A DNA stretch of 64,000 bases, from assembly GCA_030390025.1 (NCBI GenBank), contig CM059432.1:96660001-96724000 (forward strand), written 5' to 3'. Below are positions 25,451 to 39,184 of the stretch, piece after piece. The notes beneath the pieces are model-generated. The model had not been told where the DNA came from. It did no database searches and worked only from the letters and a program-made list of their open reading frames with translations. Source of the DNA: Squalus acanthias. Lineage: Eukaryota. The position numbers were made by a program, and so were the translations under genes. Each line of letters opens with the position of its first letter. Position 1 is the stretch's first letter.

Positions 25451-26164
25451 ACTATTTTGGATTTCTGCAAGCAAGGCTGCCAGTTAAGTTTTTTTTTAAA
25501 TTTTGAAAAAAATATGATTTTACCTTTAATTTGGAACAAAATATTATGCAGTGTCGTCAGAATGTGACATGAAATAGGAATAATAAAGTTTAACTATATA
25601 TAGAGTATTGCCGAGTTCTACACAAATAGCTTATGGAATATTACTATTTACATAAGTATTCATGTATTTATATGCATTTTCCAATGACTTTAAGGGGGAA
25701 AATCTGTTGCATTCTCCATAAAATCATCTGCCATGCTGTCAGAATTTTTTCCTGCAAGCATGAAAATAAGGATTCAACTGGTACAATTGACAAATTCAAG
25801 TATAACTGCTGGTAAGCAACTTGACCTGCAGCAGTGATTTTTTTTTGCACTCCATACAAGTGATAAACAAATGAAAATGATATAAACATGTTATGCTTTG
25901 GGTTTTTCAAGCACCATTATTTTTGGATTCAAACCGCTGGGTCGGCCGTTTTCATAAAGGGATTGCAGCCCTTGCAATCCGAAATCCGTGTCTTTCACAT
26001 TTTTCCTTACTGAGATAAAGCAACCCAGGTCCAAGAAATGATCCTGATTATAATGACGTACCAATTGAAATTTACAAAGAATTTCCACTATGACTTCAGT
26101 CTATCAAAAGGCAGAACTTAGGAAATATACAGATAATATAAAGATATTAAGCAGATACTATATT

Positions 26165-26965
26165 TGTTTTAGTAGGAAGAATAGGAAAACACAATATTAT
26201 TTAAATGGTGAGAAACTATTAAATGTTGGTGTTCCGAGAGATTTAGGTGTCCTCGTGCAGGAAACGCAGAGAGTTAGCATGCAGGTACAGCAAGCAATTA
26301 GGAAGGCAAATGGCATGTTGGTCTTTATTGCAAGGGGGTTGGAGTACAAGAGTAAGGAAGTCTTGATACAATTGTACAGGGCTTTGGTGAGATCACACCT
26401 GGAGTACTGTGCACAGTTTTGGTCTCCTTATTTCAGGAAGGATATACTTGCCTTAGAGGTGGTGCAACAAAGGTTCACTAGATAGATTCCTGGGATGAGA
26501 GGGTTGTCCTATGAGGAGAGATTGAGTAGATTGGGCCTATACACTCTGGAGTTTAGAAGAATGAGAGGTGATCTCATTAAAACATATAAGGTTCTCAGGG
26601 GGATTGACAGGACAGATGCTGAGAGGTTGTTTCCCCTGGCTGGAGTGTCTAGAACTAGGGGGCATAGTCTCAGGATAAGGGGTCGGCCATTTAAGACTGA
26701 GATGAGGAGGAATTTCTTCATTCAGTAGGGTTGTGAATCTCTGGAATTCTCTGCCCCAGAGGGCTGTGGATGCTCAGTCATTGAGTATATTCAAGGCTGA
26801 GATAGATAGATTTTTGGACTCTAGGGGAATCAAGGGATATGGGGATTGGGCGGGAAAGTAGAGTTGAGGTCGAAGATCAGCCATGATCTTATTGAATGAT
26901 GGAGCAGGCTCGAGGAGCAGTATGGCCTACTCCTGCTCCTAAGTCTTATGTTCTTATGTTCTTAT
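26165..26965 (+). mobile_element. CR1 LINE 3' ~800 bp
   Basis: RDLGVLV..KANGMLVFIARGLEYKSKEV..LEYCAQFWSPY, then GLSYEERLSRLGL. In-frame stop at 26483. (TTCTTATG)n tail. Confidence 0.92.
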
Positions 26966-26967
26966 AT

Positions 26968-27297
26968 TAAGAAAGCAGTTGCATTTATATAGTGCCATTC
27001 AGGTGTTCAGATATCTCAAAATGCTTTATTGACAATGAATTGCATTTGAAGTACAGTCACTGTTGTTATGTAGGCAAAAACAGCCCAATCAGAGATAATA
27101 ACCAGATAAATAATTGTTTGGCATTGTCTGAGGCATAAATGTTGGTTAGGACACTGGAGGAATCCTTGCTTTTCTTTCAATAGTGCCATGAAATCTTTTA
27201 CATCCACCTGAACAGGCAGATGGGGCCTTGGTTCAATGTCTCATCAGAAAGACAATACCTGAGACAATTCTCTCAGTACTGTACTGAAGTGTTAGCC
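26968..27297 (-). mobile_element. Degenerate Deu-SINE
   Basis: TTGCATTTATATAGTGCC tail and ACATCCACCTGAACAGGCAGATGGGGCC core. Confidence 0.7.
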
Positions 27298-27935
27298 TGA
27301 CCAGAAACTTAACTGGACCAGCCACATAAATACTGTGGCAACAACAGCAGGTCAGAGGCTAGGTATTGTGCGGTGAGTTTCTCACCTCCTGACTCCCCAA
27401 AGCCTTTACACCATCTACAAGGCACAAGTCAGGAGTGTGATGGAATACTCTCCACTTGCAGCTCCAACAACGCTCAAGAAGCTTGACACCATCCAAGACA
27501 AAGCAGCCCGCTTGATTGGCACCCCATCCACCACCTTAAACATTCACTCCCTCCACCACTGACGTACCGTGGCTGCAGTGTGTACCATCTACAAGATGCA
27601 CTGCAGCAACTTGCCAAGGCTTCTTCGGCAGCACCTCCCAAACCGGCGATCTCTACCACCTAGAAGGACAAGGGCAGCAGGCGCATGGGAACACCACCAC
27701 CTCCAAGTTCCCCTCCAAGTCACACACCATCCTGACATGGAAGTATATCGCTGTTCCTTCATCGTCGCTGGGTCAAAATCCTGGAACTCCCTCCCTAGCA
27801 GCACTGTGGAGTACCTTCACCACACAGACTGCAGCGGTTCAAGAAGGTGGCTCACCACCACCTTCTCGAGGGCAACTAGGGATGGGCAATAAATGCTGGC
27901 CTTGCCAGCGATGCCCAGATCCCATGAACAAATAT
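27298..27935 (+). mobile_element. CR1/L2-group LINE 3' end
   Basis: DQKLNWTSHINTVA..IYKAQVRSVMEYSP..KKLDTIQDKAARLIG, ending GGGCAATAAATGCTGGCC tail. Tail-only fragments also at ~7260-7320 and ~43962-44025. Confidence 0.8.
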
Positions 27936-29216
27936 TTAAAAAATGTACTCAAGTCCTGAAGTGAGGTGAGACGGTTAATACTGACAAAATGCAACAAGCA
28001 GCAATTTAAAATAAATACACATCTAAAATTCCCACTTAAAAATCCAGTGGATATCTTAGGAACTGAAATATAATTTCCGTGTGTCAATGGCACAGACACA
28101 CACTGGGTACAGAGAGCTGCAAAACTGGCTTTGTGCAGGATTTGCATTTTGAATGCACTGCCTCAGGTATTTTGCTACTTGTGTGTTGGGGGCACTGGAG
28201 ACTTGTGCTGCTCCATGGTTCAAATTCTTAAGTTCCTTTAATTTTATGGATTTAAGGGTATGTCATTGCTTCCATGGGAATTCTGATGTACTGCATCTCT
28301 GACACAATGCCAGCACTCTGTTTCTTTAGAAATTTGAGTTAAGCACTCCAGAAGTACTCTTAAAGCTGTACTACCTGACTTTTTGCTGTGATTTGTGAGA
28401 GCTTGTTTGGGGGCTTTGTTGCTTACTTTGAATTACATTTTTATTGTCTCACACTTTGTTTGTATTGGATCTTTATCTTGTTATCTTATTTGACTTGAAT
28501 CTACCATTCCGGATAGTTTACCTGATATATAGGAAATAGCACCCTGTGGATAGCATTGGAATTCCTTTGGGAATTCCCCTTATCCTTAGGGAGATAAAGG
28601 ATGAGGAGTTTACAGCCAGGAGCAGAGACAGATGCATCACCTGTATGCCACTCTCCAGTGGGGACCCACTAAGTCCAGCGCCAGTTCTTCGAGACATGTC
28701 CAACACTTCAGATCTGCTGTGGCCTTTCCAGTTTTTAAAAGCTCCCTGTCATTGTGGATTTCCGTTGGCTGCTACAGGAGATGCTGACCATTTCCTGAGG
28801 CCTTCCATAGCTATGTAATTAACCACAGTACTTCCTAAAACAAAAGTGCATGAACATGCAGCATGCCAGTTGGGTATTGGGGGAGTTTTTAATGATCCGA
28901 ACAATTATCAGTGAAAGGTTTCCTTGAAAGGTGAAAGCTGTGTCATGAATCAACATAGGTTGCCTTGCGCTCATGTTAGACAGAGCTAAGGGCTGTGTAA
29001 AGATAAGAAAGCATCCATGTGAGTAAGCAAATGGTTGCGGGGAAGGTCTGTGTGTGCTGCAGGCATGTGATTTCAGAACTCTTATTTAGAGATAAATACC
29101 AGTCTCAAACTTTGTCAGGGCTTGAATTTCTTCCTCATCTGGAAGGATGACCTCTCATTGCCAAACCTGCATTCACCTGCTTGACCACCTCTTCCCAGAC
29201 AACCCTGATCATATGT

Positions 29217-29725
29217 ATGAATAGAGATCGGCCCCAAAACCACACTAAAACTTCAAATACATTTAAAAGAAACCATCACATTTTTAAAATAACTATAAAT
29301 TACATAAATTAACTACTTTAATCAATAATTTAAATTTTTGAAAAAATTAATTAAACTTTTTAACGGTGCTAAAAACAAACTTACCTTTCTTTAAAGTATG
29401 TAAAAAAGATAAACCTGTTGAAAAAATGATTATATTGTAATTAATTAACCACTTACCTTGTTAAAAACAGGCCTTGCGCCTCCTTTTTAAATGTGCAGCT
29501 TCTCCATACTTACCCTCACGGAGAAAGCTGAAAAAAAAACGAAGTTCGCTGCGTGCGCGCTGCCTCTCCCACACATGCGTTCGACTTCTGAACCCCTTCC
29601 TTCAGGGGAATGGAAGTTCCGCTTTACCGCGCATGCGCAGTGCATGCGTGAAACCGGCACTTCAGGTGGCCTTACGGGTGAGTACACAGCGCGTACTCAC
29701 CCGACAACAGCCGAATTTCTGGCCC
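29217..29725. mobile_element. Truncated copy of the 14755-15476 MITE
   Basis: Colinear from ATGAATAGAGATCGGCCCC to CCGAATTTCTGGCCC. Confidence 0.85.
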
Positions 29726-30079
29726 AATAGCTTACTGAGGAGGGTAGCCTTCACACCCAGATTTTGTAGGCACAAAGTGCATGTAGATGTGAGATTTTTG
29801 ATAAGATCATAAAGTCATAAGTTCTGTCTTTATTTTTATATAATCCTCATATTATTATTTATAGTTAAATAGTAAAACTGGCAATTTGGAAAGCAGGGTA
29901 GAGTTTGTTGGGGCATTGGAGTTTCCCTGCAGTAGAAGTTGAGGAGGCAGAAGGTGCAAAACTGAATCACAACAGAACCACAAAGTGACAAATTTACATT
30001 GGCAGTTTCCTTAATAAATGTGGATGTAGGAATTTATAATGGAAAAATTGGACACAAAAGTATGACAAAATATGACAAA

Positions 30080-30417
30080 CAGAAGTAAGATGTTGTAGAC
30101 AGGAAGTGCACACAGATGTAAGCTTTTTAATAAAATATAGATTTAAGATAAGATGTAAGAGAGTAGGACAGAGAGCAGGAGATTTTTTTTGCACAGAGGA
30201 ACATGAGGCCGTCATAAGTACTACCAGCGTTAATGACTGAAGCAGAGACCATGTCAACCTTTAAGAACAGATTACATCGGTGGTCGAAGGAAAGAAGGAT
30301 AAAGGGATATAGGAACATGGCAGGCACACGGGATTAGGACTACTACTCATACAGAGGACCCATACCAACATGGACTGGTTGGACTGAATGGCGTGTTTCT
30401 GTATTGTAATTTCTATG
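30080..30417 (+). mobile_element. Old CR1 3' remnant
   Basis: TTTTTTGCACAGAGG..GAAGCAGAGACCATGTCAACCTTTAAG and a TTTCTATG tail. Confidence 0.55.
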
Positions 30418-31006
30418 TCATATACTTAGGAAATAATACAGCACAAATTTCATAAATTGTGACACACAGCAGAGGCAGAAAAAAGTTTCCTATTTGCTAC
30501 TGTGCTGTTTATGAAATAAATTGTAGAATTACGAAGTGTATTTTCAGCGCACATCCAGCAGCAAGTTCTCAGAGTAGATGAAGACTGTCAAAGTGAATCA
30601 GTGGTGTACAAAGTACACAGCACAAGAGTCAATTTAAAAAGAGCCACAATCCCTCACACAAGTACCAGAGGAGAAATCCTAATGAGGACAAAAGAAGAGT
30701 TGCTACAATACTCCACCTTGCAGAATATGACCTGACACTACTTCTGTCGCCAGTGGTTCTGGTGCTACATTTGTTAAATAGATCTATATTCTATTACTTC
30801 AGATATTAGATTGCTATTCATGTTACACATTGTATAATATGCATTGCAACAATAAACACACAAGTACTTTTGTGCATATGTAAATGTGGTCCATGATCAA
30901 TGTTTCTGTTCAAAATTCTTGCAAATTCTTATTATTGTGCTATCTCCTTCTGTTGGTGCACAGTCTAATGCAAATTAAGCAATATTTTATTTTTGTATGT
31001 CCATAG

Positions 31007-31147
31007 ATGATTCTTCCACTTCAAAGTCCTCAAGGTCAGAAAAACAACAAGCCCTTACGATCTCCGAAGAGGAAGAGGTGTCTACCCATCAATGAAGAAC
31101 CTGATGTGCCTGAAGAAGATCAAATAAATGCAACAAAGTTTATGTGA
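31007..31147 (+). CDS. Candidate terminal exon of an unidentified host gene
   Basis: Pyrimidine-rich acceptor TTTTATTTTTGTATGTCCATAG. Phase 0 gives MILPLQSPQGQKNNKPLRSPKRKRCLPINEEPDVPEEDQINATKFM*; phase 1 gives DSSTSKSSRSEKQQALTISEEEEVSTHQ*. Followed by ~1.3 kb of AT-rich, apparently repeat-free sequence. No homology recognised. Confidence 0.3.
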   Translation: MILPLQSPQGQKNNKPLRSPKRKRCLPINEEPDVPEEDQINATKFM

Positions 31148-32513
31148 GGAGTCTCCGTAGCGCACACAGTTAAAAGGCAGAAACAATCCCTTATGATGAG
31201 GTATCTTCCACAGTGACAACACAAAAGGGACACATTGACCAGAGTGCACAGGTGCTGGCAGTTCATCAATTCTACCATGGTCTCAGACCATTCTGGAGGG
31301 ACAACTTAGCTCCGCAGGTTAAAAGTTAAATACTGATGCAATTTTGTTTCTGGAAAGATAAATACAGTGCATAATATTTTACAATATCCTGAAATCTGAT
31401 TGTCACAACATGGCATCTCTATGATCAAAGTGAGACACGCACTTGGGAGAATCCACCAGTAGTTTTCCTTACCACTTTTCAGAACTACAAAAAAAGCAGC
31501 TGGAAGTCAACTTGAAGGGAATTTTGAAATCATCTAATGATAGTGTGGCTAATCCTGAAGATGTCTCCACTTAGGATTCCTCCCAAAGCATCTCAAATAG
31601 TAATGTAGGTAATCTGTATAAATACTAAATCCACACAGTGTAATCAATCTGACATTTAGAATACACATTGTTTATCTACCTAAAAATTGATGCTAATGCT
31701 TTTACATTATGCAGTTCACTTTGATATTGCAGAGCTCTATATAGTTGCATCTTAGTACTTTAAAATAATGCTAGTTTGTATTCAGCTATAACTTGTTGCT
31801 ATGCATATCTGTTTTACAGTTACTCATTAAGGAGGTTGTAATACAATTTCCTTTTACTTCCAATACGTTAGAATCCAAATATATTTAATTTACCATAAAA
31901 ATAGGTTGTATTGTTTGAAAAAAAGTGTTAATAATTTTTTTGCCCTGCATTTCCTTTGGCTGACCATGGTAGTTTTTCCTTCACATTTCCTCTAAAGTTT
32001 GTGCTTGAGCCTCAACTTGGCAGCAGGGCTTGAGACTGATTTAGAGATTCTGGAATCCTCAGTGCTCTCTCTCCTGAACCCTGTCTTCATTACATATTAA
32101 TGCAGTAGTAGCTATAAATTTTTAAAAGCACATTTTGCAGATGCTCTTTACACAACATAATAGCATTAACATGGTTTATAATGTAAAAAATTTAAGCACT
32201 CAGCAATATATGCAAGAGTCTTTGGTTTGTCATCAGGAGCGCTTATAGTGGGAATGAGTTTCATAATGCAATATATTATGAATATATTATATTCCTGAGA
32301 ACAAATCATCTGCCTTTCGATTTATAGATAGTGAAGTTTTAAAATGTATTATGAATAGGACTGAATTTCACACGAAATGGCTTTAGTTGAAATGGAAGAT
32401 TCAGCCAAATCCTGATTTGATTGGATCATAAACTTAATAACTGTCTCTATTTTGGTATTTCAAGACTAGGTGCAAAATCTTTCTCAGCTCAAAGTCAATA
32501 ATCCAGACTCATT

Positions 32514-35196
32514 GGCCCTGATATCAACTCAGAGATGCCTTGGGAGCGGGGCAGGGAGGGGTTGGGGGGGGCAGTGGAGGGGGAGTAGGATTTGGCATGG
32601 GAAGCCTGGAAGTAAGTTCAGCGCGTCTGTCTGTGGCATTTTAACGCAGCCACCTCATTATCATTTTACTTCAGTGTTTGGCGTTGATAGCACGGTAGCA
32701 GGCATGAGGAGGACCTCCATGACTGGAACTCAATTCCAGTATCTAAAGGGCTAATCCGAAGATGGCATTTGGAGGAGTTGAGAGGTTTGGCACAGAGACA
32801 GCAATTTCGCAATAGACTCAGGACGCTGAAAGACTGCACCCCGCTTTAATGACGCCTCACTCGATGTACTGCTGGGGCAGTGAGGAGCCAGAGAGAGATA
32901 CTATTCCCCAGCAATGGGAGGAAGAAACCTGCTGCTGCCACAAAGAAGGCGTGGCTGGAGCTGGCCCAGCAGCTCAGCAGCAGGAACATTGTGCCATGCT
33001 CCAGGATTCAGTGCAGGAAGCGCTTTACTGGCCTAACCAGGTCAGGAAAGATGAGTACAGTTGCACATTCACCTACATCCTGCTGTGCATATCACACCAC
33101 CCCCTCATTCTGCCTTGTCAAGCCTACTCCATCACATCACTTCTCACACCCATATACCCATCATTCTCTTTTTATGCACTTCCTCACATCCCCATGTATC
33201 CATCCACCACTGCCACTCACCCTCATCTTTATATAATTTTGTACCTCTCACTGATAACCAGCCTCACCAAATGCACACCATCCATCGGCTGAACACATGC
33301 CATTACAGCCACTCATAGGTCTGTTCTTTCCCCCATTGCAGAAGAGAGCACAGAACATCAGGGAGAGGGCGAGAACCAGAGGTGTGCTTCCACAGATTCA
33401 CAGCTGAAAAGTGCAGAGGAGGAAGCGCTGGAGATCAGTGGTGCCTCAGCGTCCCTGACTGTCAGAGATGGGGAGACGGGGACCTTCCAGCTACCTGGCG
33501 ACACAATTAAATATAGCACCCATATGTCAATCAACACTCAGTCATGTTGACTTTATTTCAACAGCGAATTAAATATGATCATCTTCATAATGATCAGTTT
33601 CAACATACGTACCTTGCCAGTACTAATTCATACCTTGTCTTTGCGCTAGAGCCTTCACGTGAGTAGCAGGAGTCGCTGGACCTTGCGGACGACGATTCCT
33701 CAGAGGAGTTGATTCCTTCTGAGGGTGCACTGTCACAGGACTCAAGCTTACCATGCACCTGTTCAGATATTCGCACTTCGGTGGGTCCAGTTAGAGAGAT
33801 AGTTGGGTTTTCACCTGGTGACTCACACTTCACAAGCGACCAAGAGCAGATGGTGGTGGCACGGACAACTGTGGAGAGTCCGCATCAGAGGGTGCAGCCT
33901 GCTCCAAGCTCTGCTTAGCTGGACACAGATGCTATACCCTGGGGGCCATCGATGCAAAGGATAATCATTGAGCAGCAGCAAGATAGGATGACAAATACCT
34001 TAGCTTTGTCCTTACAGCGCCGCATTGATCTGTACTGAAGTACTCTCCAGCTGAGTGGTAGCAGTGAAGTGCGGCTGGCCCATGAGAGGGATGATGGTGA
34101 AAGGGGACATGGAAGTGGGACCTCAACTCAAAGTGCTTCCACTTTTCACCTGTTGCCCCCCCCCCCCCATTCAGTCAGTACCCCACATGCTGCCTCGTCT
34201 CCTGATGGTTGAGTCCATCCCTGCACAGGTGCTATGGAGCAGTCTTTGGCGAGGCCCTCATGGGCTCCACAACCCTGAGATTGCCGGCCAAGAGCATGTC
34301 AGCAATCAAAGCAGGAATCTGAGCAGACTGCCCCTACCTCTGCTGAAGCCACAGGGGTTGCACCATGTTGGAGTTGTAGGAAAAGGCAGAGTAAAGCTTT
34401 GTAGTTGCACAAGGCTATGCACGTGGGGGTATGAGAACATGTTTATTTGTTAAGTTTCTGTTTTTTAGTAGAATCACATAAATGTTATTCTTTTGCATCA
34501 TTTGCCTGTCTTGTCCATTCTTGGTTGCTGGTGGCAAGTCGCCGTTTAACTTGTTTGATGAGGGATGGGAAGACATGAATTGACAGGGGGCAATGGGAGG
34601 ATGTGCAAGGGGTGGTTGGTTGTTTACAGGACTGCTTTGTGTCAGTGGCATTACGGGGAGCAGGAAGAGTGGCCATTGCAGGCTTGGCTCCAAGTCAGAC
34701 GGGAAGCACTCTGGAGAGGATTGCAGGAGCAGGTAAGGAACCTGCTGCTGCGTTGGTGGTGGGTCCGATCCCCGACCCCGAGGGTGGTCTTTGGATGGGC
34801 AGCATCTGATGGGGGGTGCGTGATGTCAGGGAAACAGGTAAGCTTAGAGGGCCAGGGGGAAGCACTTCTGCTCCTCCTGACCCACAAGCGGTGCTGTAAG
34901 GGCACTTACCTTTTCCCTGAAGCTGTCCTCACTTCCCTTGAGCTGCTGGGTTTCCGGAGGCCTGGGAAACCCAGCCGGCCACAGTTAAACCTGTAAAACA
35001 GGTTAAATGTGAGGCTCCCAGCCTCATTATAATATTTAGAAGTTCAACCCACTTCCTGGGAGCGGGTAGGCTGCCCGCCCCATGTCCGGCCTCCAGTAAA
35101 TGGAAGTGGATGGGTTGGGGTCGGGGTTGAGATTTAAAACATTTTTACGCCTCACCCGACCCCAACCCACCTGTTTTGGGGGTTAAAATTACCTCC
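32514..35196 (+). mobile_element. Myb/SANT-only Harbinger derivative with a decayed 3-exon Myb gene (~32800-34400)
   Basis: APRFNDASLDVLLGAVRSQREILFP..KKAWLELAQQLSSRNIVPCSRIQCRKRF (Myb/SANT-like, Harbinger ORF1 type). Exon 2 follows TTGCAG at 33341. No transposase. MITE-like right end; termini match poorly. Confidence 0.75.
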
Positions 35197-36223
35197 AAGG
35201 ATAACAAATTAATATAAACTATGGCCGGAATTTTCACATTGCAGTGCGTGCGGGTTTGGGGGTGGATCAGCAGTTAAAAGCGCTGAAATTGACAGCGCGT
35301 CTGGACCCCGTCGTCATCCCGCCAACTGCCGCATTTAACTGGGGCGCGTTTCAAAGTGCGCCACGGACCTGCTCGGTAATGTCTCACCATTCACTCCAAG
35401 TGACAAGGCCACTTCCCAGGTAGCAGGAAAAAATGGACAAGAAGGGAAAGTAGTGCAAAGAAATAAATTTAGGTGCGTCATAAATAAAACTGAAACTTAA
35501 CACTAACGTTTTGGCAAACATGTGCATACACTTGTGCATCAACGGTTGAGTCTTTTTTCTTTTCTGAGTGCTTCTATGAGGTGCAACCCCTGTGGTTTCA
35601 GCAGAGGTAGAGGCAGGCTGCTCACTTCCCTGCTGTGACTGCTTCGACACTTTTGGTGGATGTCCTCTGGGTTTTAGAGCCTGTGAGTGTCCCGCCAAAG
35701 ACTGCTTCTCTTGCAACTGTGCAGGGGCAGACTCGGCCATCGGGATCCGAGGCAGCATGTGGGGCTCTGACTGATGGGGAGGTAATGAGAAAGAAGTGGG
35801 AGCGCTTTGAGCAGAGACCCCACTTCCATGTCCCCTCTCACCATCATCCCGCTCACGGGCCACCCGTACATCTCTGCTAGCAAGGAGCTGGAGAGCACTT
35901 TGCTGCACATCAGTGGGGCGATGAATGCCCAAGTCTACGTTGCTATCCCTTCTAAAGATGAGGTCAATAAGAGTCTGCAATCTTTGTTCACAGCAAGCAA
36001 GTTCTCGTTCGACTGGCGCATTAGCTGCTCCTTGCAGGTGGCTATCCTTTCTATGGAAGAGCACATCGTCACCATCGCTTGCGATATGGTGCTGCTCATG
36101 TTGGAGATGGACTCCTCCATTCTCTGTACAATTGCGCACATTGTGGCTGGAAAAGCTGCCAGAGCCTCGCGCATTTGTTGCTGCTCCTCCAAGATCAACC
36201 TCTTTGTCGATGACCCCCAATTA

Positions 36224-37570
36224 TGTAGGGGGTGGTGGTTTGTGTCAGCTTCACCTCTGACTTCTGAGCGGTTCGAATCGCTCCCACTCCCTTGGTTCTA
36301 GACCTTGGACTTATTTGGGGGTTGTGACAAAAAGTGCAGCAGCCAACTGGTTTTGATGCAAGAACTTTGATCTTTATTCAAGAAAGTAAAACACAACACA
36401 AACACTCTTAACACTCTAAAAGTGGGGAACACTTCGGTACAAACGAGGGAAATAACATTAGAAGAATACTTCACCCCTCCCAATCCCACTTCACTAGCTA
36501 AGTTGGACTCTGGAGAACCAGGGATAATGCTCACCAAACGAATCCTTGACAGTTGAGATGGTTCGCGGTTTCGGGGTTCGCTGGATTGGATTTATCGGGT
36601 GAGTACCCACTTTTCTTTGGTTAGAGGTAGGGTTTAGAGTCCTTTTAAGTAAAAAGTTTTGTAAGGCCCTTGTTGCCGCGAGGTGTCCGATGGTCACTGA
36701 GGCGGTCGCTCTGGTCTCTTCTTGCGTGTCGGCCTGCTTCTGGAGCTGCTGGCCTTCTTTGTTGAACTTCTTTCTGTTGCACCCTTGCCTTGTTGAACTG
36801 TCTTCTTCAGAGCTGTGGAACTGCCTTCTGCCGGACTGCTTGCTGAACTCCCTGCTGCTTGCTGTAACTGTGTAACTGCTCCACCCTTGAACTTGTAGGG
36901 AACTTGTTGTAACTGCTGAACTGTGTACCTGTACTGGAGAACTCGAACTTGAACTGTTGAGAACGGGTCTTTAATTATAGCCATTGAAGCTTCCTTATCT
37001 GCATGCCAAATCAAATCCCGGTCATTGTAAGATTTTGGAGGGCTCGTTAACAGTAACTGGTTTGTAAATGTGTGAAGTGGTTCTGGGATGGCCCCCATCC
37101 TGTCGATTTGCCACTTAATCGGAGTTTGATCGTTCTTATGTTTTGGGTTTTCTTGGCTGGGCCTATGATTTCTATGGAGTAGGCCGATGTAATTTGTTTT
37201 ATGCATGTCTTAATGGGCTCTGTAGCTTGGGGTGGAGACCGTTTTCCTCGGGTTTATTGTTAGGATGCTAATGTCTGATAGGGGCCGATTTACACTCCCA
37301 GCGAGATCATGCGGTTCCCCACAGTTCCCATTAGCTCCAATACCCAAACGGCTTTTACAGAGGTTGAACCCACCTTCCTTCACAGCCTTTTCTCCCTGAC
37401 AAGCCCAGACATGTTTTAAAAATACCTAATCTTGGTTTTTGCTCAAAATGTCCTTCGGTTAGGCCCAATGCACTTCACCACCCTGTAATAGCTAGAAAAG
37501 AGTCCAAAGTCTTTTTCCTTAGGGTTTGTCTTCGAGTTTTGGGGAATCTGTGAATTTTGAGAATCTTACA
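36224..37570 (-). repeat. 3' LTR (~1347 bp)
   Basis: TGTAAGATTCTCAAAATTC ... CCCCCTACA on minus; AATAAA near 36374-36379. Confidence 0.88.
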
Positions 37571-38347
37571 GTCCCCCCTCTGATACTTTACTAGCTAGAG
37601 TATCATACTGGGTGAGCAAAATTCTTGATCCTCGAGAGCCAACCTTCCCCTGTAGTTTACCTATCTAAGACCCAAAACATACATTTCCCTTTAGGTGTAG
37701 TGTTCAGATGCAGACACAGTTAAGAATTCAGTTACATTCGTATCCAAGCACAGAGGGGGTCCAACACCCCTGCACCACTTGGAAAAATATAGTACATACA
37801 TAGTAATAATAATAATATACGATCACAAAAACTTTATTCATTTTAATAAAAACAATTAAGGCTCGCCCTAAACCTGGCCATAGGCTTTATTGTCTCTGGC
37901 TTGACAGGTGATCGAGTCTCGAAAAATTTAAACTTACTTAAGTAAAAATAATTCACTAAAACTAAAACTACCAAAACCGTAAAACACACCTAAATACATT
38001 AAACTCTGTACATACGCCGCCTGTCTCCAGACGGCCAGGCTAATTCCTGTATGGCCTCTGCCTTGGGCAGCTTCTGAGCAGCCTGTACGCCTGAGCATAA
38101 GGTGGCCTGTACCGCAGGACCCGGAGAGTCCTTCTTAAAACAACTGAGGTTTTCCCTGAATCCCTGACAATCCGGGGAGTGTCCCCTCCTGTGCTACAGC
38201 ACACCACCCCCTTTGGTGTGGCTGCTGAGTCCCTGTCCTGTCCTGTGGGTTCCTCGCAGTCTGAGGCTGCAGGCTGGGGATCCCTCTCTTAGAATGACCC
38301 CTGACTTTGGGTATTCTCTTTCGGTTTGCAGCCCTTGCTGGGCTGAA

Positions 38348-39184
38348 CTATTGAAACTCTGGTGACCACGGTAGTTTTGGCTGTGGTGTGCGAGGAGACC
38401 TTCTCAGGACTCCGGCTACCGGGGGTGCATCCGAGTCCCACATAATTGGTGGGGTGGCCCCTCCTGTGACACAGCACACTGCCCCTACCGGTGCGGTCTG
38501 TGAGTCTGCCACAGCTGCTGGCTGAGGATCTCTACCTTTAGGGCGGTTCACCCTTGCTGGCCATTCCCCTTTCTCGGGTTTGTACAGTTTACACTGGTCA
38601 ATCTCCCACTTGTGGGTTCTCTGGAGTTCTAACAGCAGTTTTTTCTGATGCTGGCTCCCAAGGTTACTGGCTGCTTGCCAGTGAATCTGTTTTAATATCT
38701 CGTCCGCTGCCCTGAATGGACCTTCTAGGGACTCCCCATTCTCTCTCTTTACCAGGACGGCCTTAAGGACGGGATCCTGGGCTTGGACCTGCTTTAAGTC
38801 CGGGGGCAAAGCTACCCCCTGTGTGCCTCCCTTGTCCCGGATTGCTGACTGCCAGACCTGCTTTATAGGGATCCCAGAACTTTCCTTCCCTGGCCCCCTG
38901 CTTGGCTGACTTGTCGGCCTTTTGGTTACCCTCCCACGTAGGTATGGAGGGATCCTAAATCTATGTCCAAAGGTTTGGACAATGCCCCAGCCTGCTCATT
39001 CCCTGTGAACCCCATTAGGCTAAATGGGACCTGGTTAGACCTGGGTGAATTGGTCGGGTCTTCCGAATGGACCACCGGTGCTGGAAGCTCCGGTGTCCAC
39101 CAAATATCTCACCTGCACCGTCTCCATCCCCATCTTACCATCGTATTCCGGGGAACACAGGTAGACAGGCTGCGCTGGTTCTAG
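38348..39184 (-). pseudogene. pol remnant: protease N-half fused to RNase H C-terminus and pre-integrase linker
   Basis: VRYLVDTGASST (DTG at ~39089-39097), frameshift, ..GFTGNEQ.., then WEGNQKADKSAKQGA (~38890-38935), then DLKQVQAQDPVL. No RT or integrase core visible. Confidence 0.8.

Noticed and set aside
35384..36301. 278-aa and 164-aa ORFs as independent genes
   Set aside because: They are shifted or antisense frames of the decayed last exon of the Harbinger Myb gene.
37571..38347. env gene in the LTR element
   Set aside because: No long ORF, signal peptide or transmembrane segment between the pol remnant and the PPT.
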